64,000 bases of DNA from Mobula hypostoma (taxonomy: Eukaryota): assembly GCF_963921235.1 (NCBI RefSeq), contig NC_086097.1, positions 174,284,001-174,348,000 on the forward strand, read 5' to 3'. A model generated the notes under the pieces. That model was not told the origin of the DNA and made no database searches. It saw nothing but the letters and a program-made list of their open reading frames with translations. The first letter of the stretch is position 1. Each line of letters starts with the position of its first letter. The translations under genes and the position numbers were made by a program. Shown one piece after another: positions 63,942-64,000 of the stretch.

Positions 63942-64000
63942 AAAAAGACTTTATGACTTTTGGAGACCAGTTCATCTTCTACTCACTTAGCTATTCACAG

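Larger units (their letters stand above)
61344..64000 (-). mobile_element. Tc1-family DNA transposon with IR/DR ends; the right IR is interrupted by a CR1 and runs past the window end
   Basis: TA|CAGTGGCATGCAAAAGTTTGGGCACCC; the DR recurs at about 61540 and inverted at 62741-62761. 63951-64000 matches the reverse complement of the left IR (about 61390-61440). Confidence 0.92.

Overview
Vertebrate genomic DNA, most likely from a cartilaginous fish; this is inferred from the repeat mix (CR1, Rex1/Babar, Penelope-like, V-SINE). The window holds four consecutive coding exons of the Hippo kinase gene STK3/MST2 on the + strand, equivalent to human exons 2-5: 209-289, 1538-1666, 10658-10772 and 58526-58690. 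All have GT-AG boundaries and together encode roughly residues 9-172 of the kinase. The introns are 1.2, 9.0 and 47.8 kb and are filled with decayed, often nested transposable elements: CR1, Rex1/Babar, RTE, L1, Penelope-like, an RLE (HERO-like) retrotransposon, SINEs, a solo LTR, a Tigger/pogo derivative and a Tc1 element. Almost all entries in the ORF track are TE remnants or spurious. I see no new protein-coding system. The most unusual observations are: a 5'-inverted (twin-priming-like) L1 nested inside a 5'-inverted RTE, each with its own TSD; a compact, apparently double-pseudoknotted RNA in the 3' UTR of the HERO-like element; hammerhead-ribozyme remnants and palindromic derivatives of Penelope termini; and an RTE-type non-autonomous SINE with a perfect TSD. 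TE boundaries are approximate unless a TSD or TIR is quoted, and family names come from motif recognition, not database searches.
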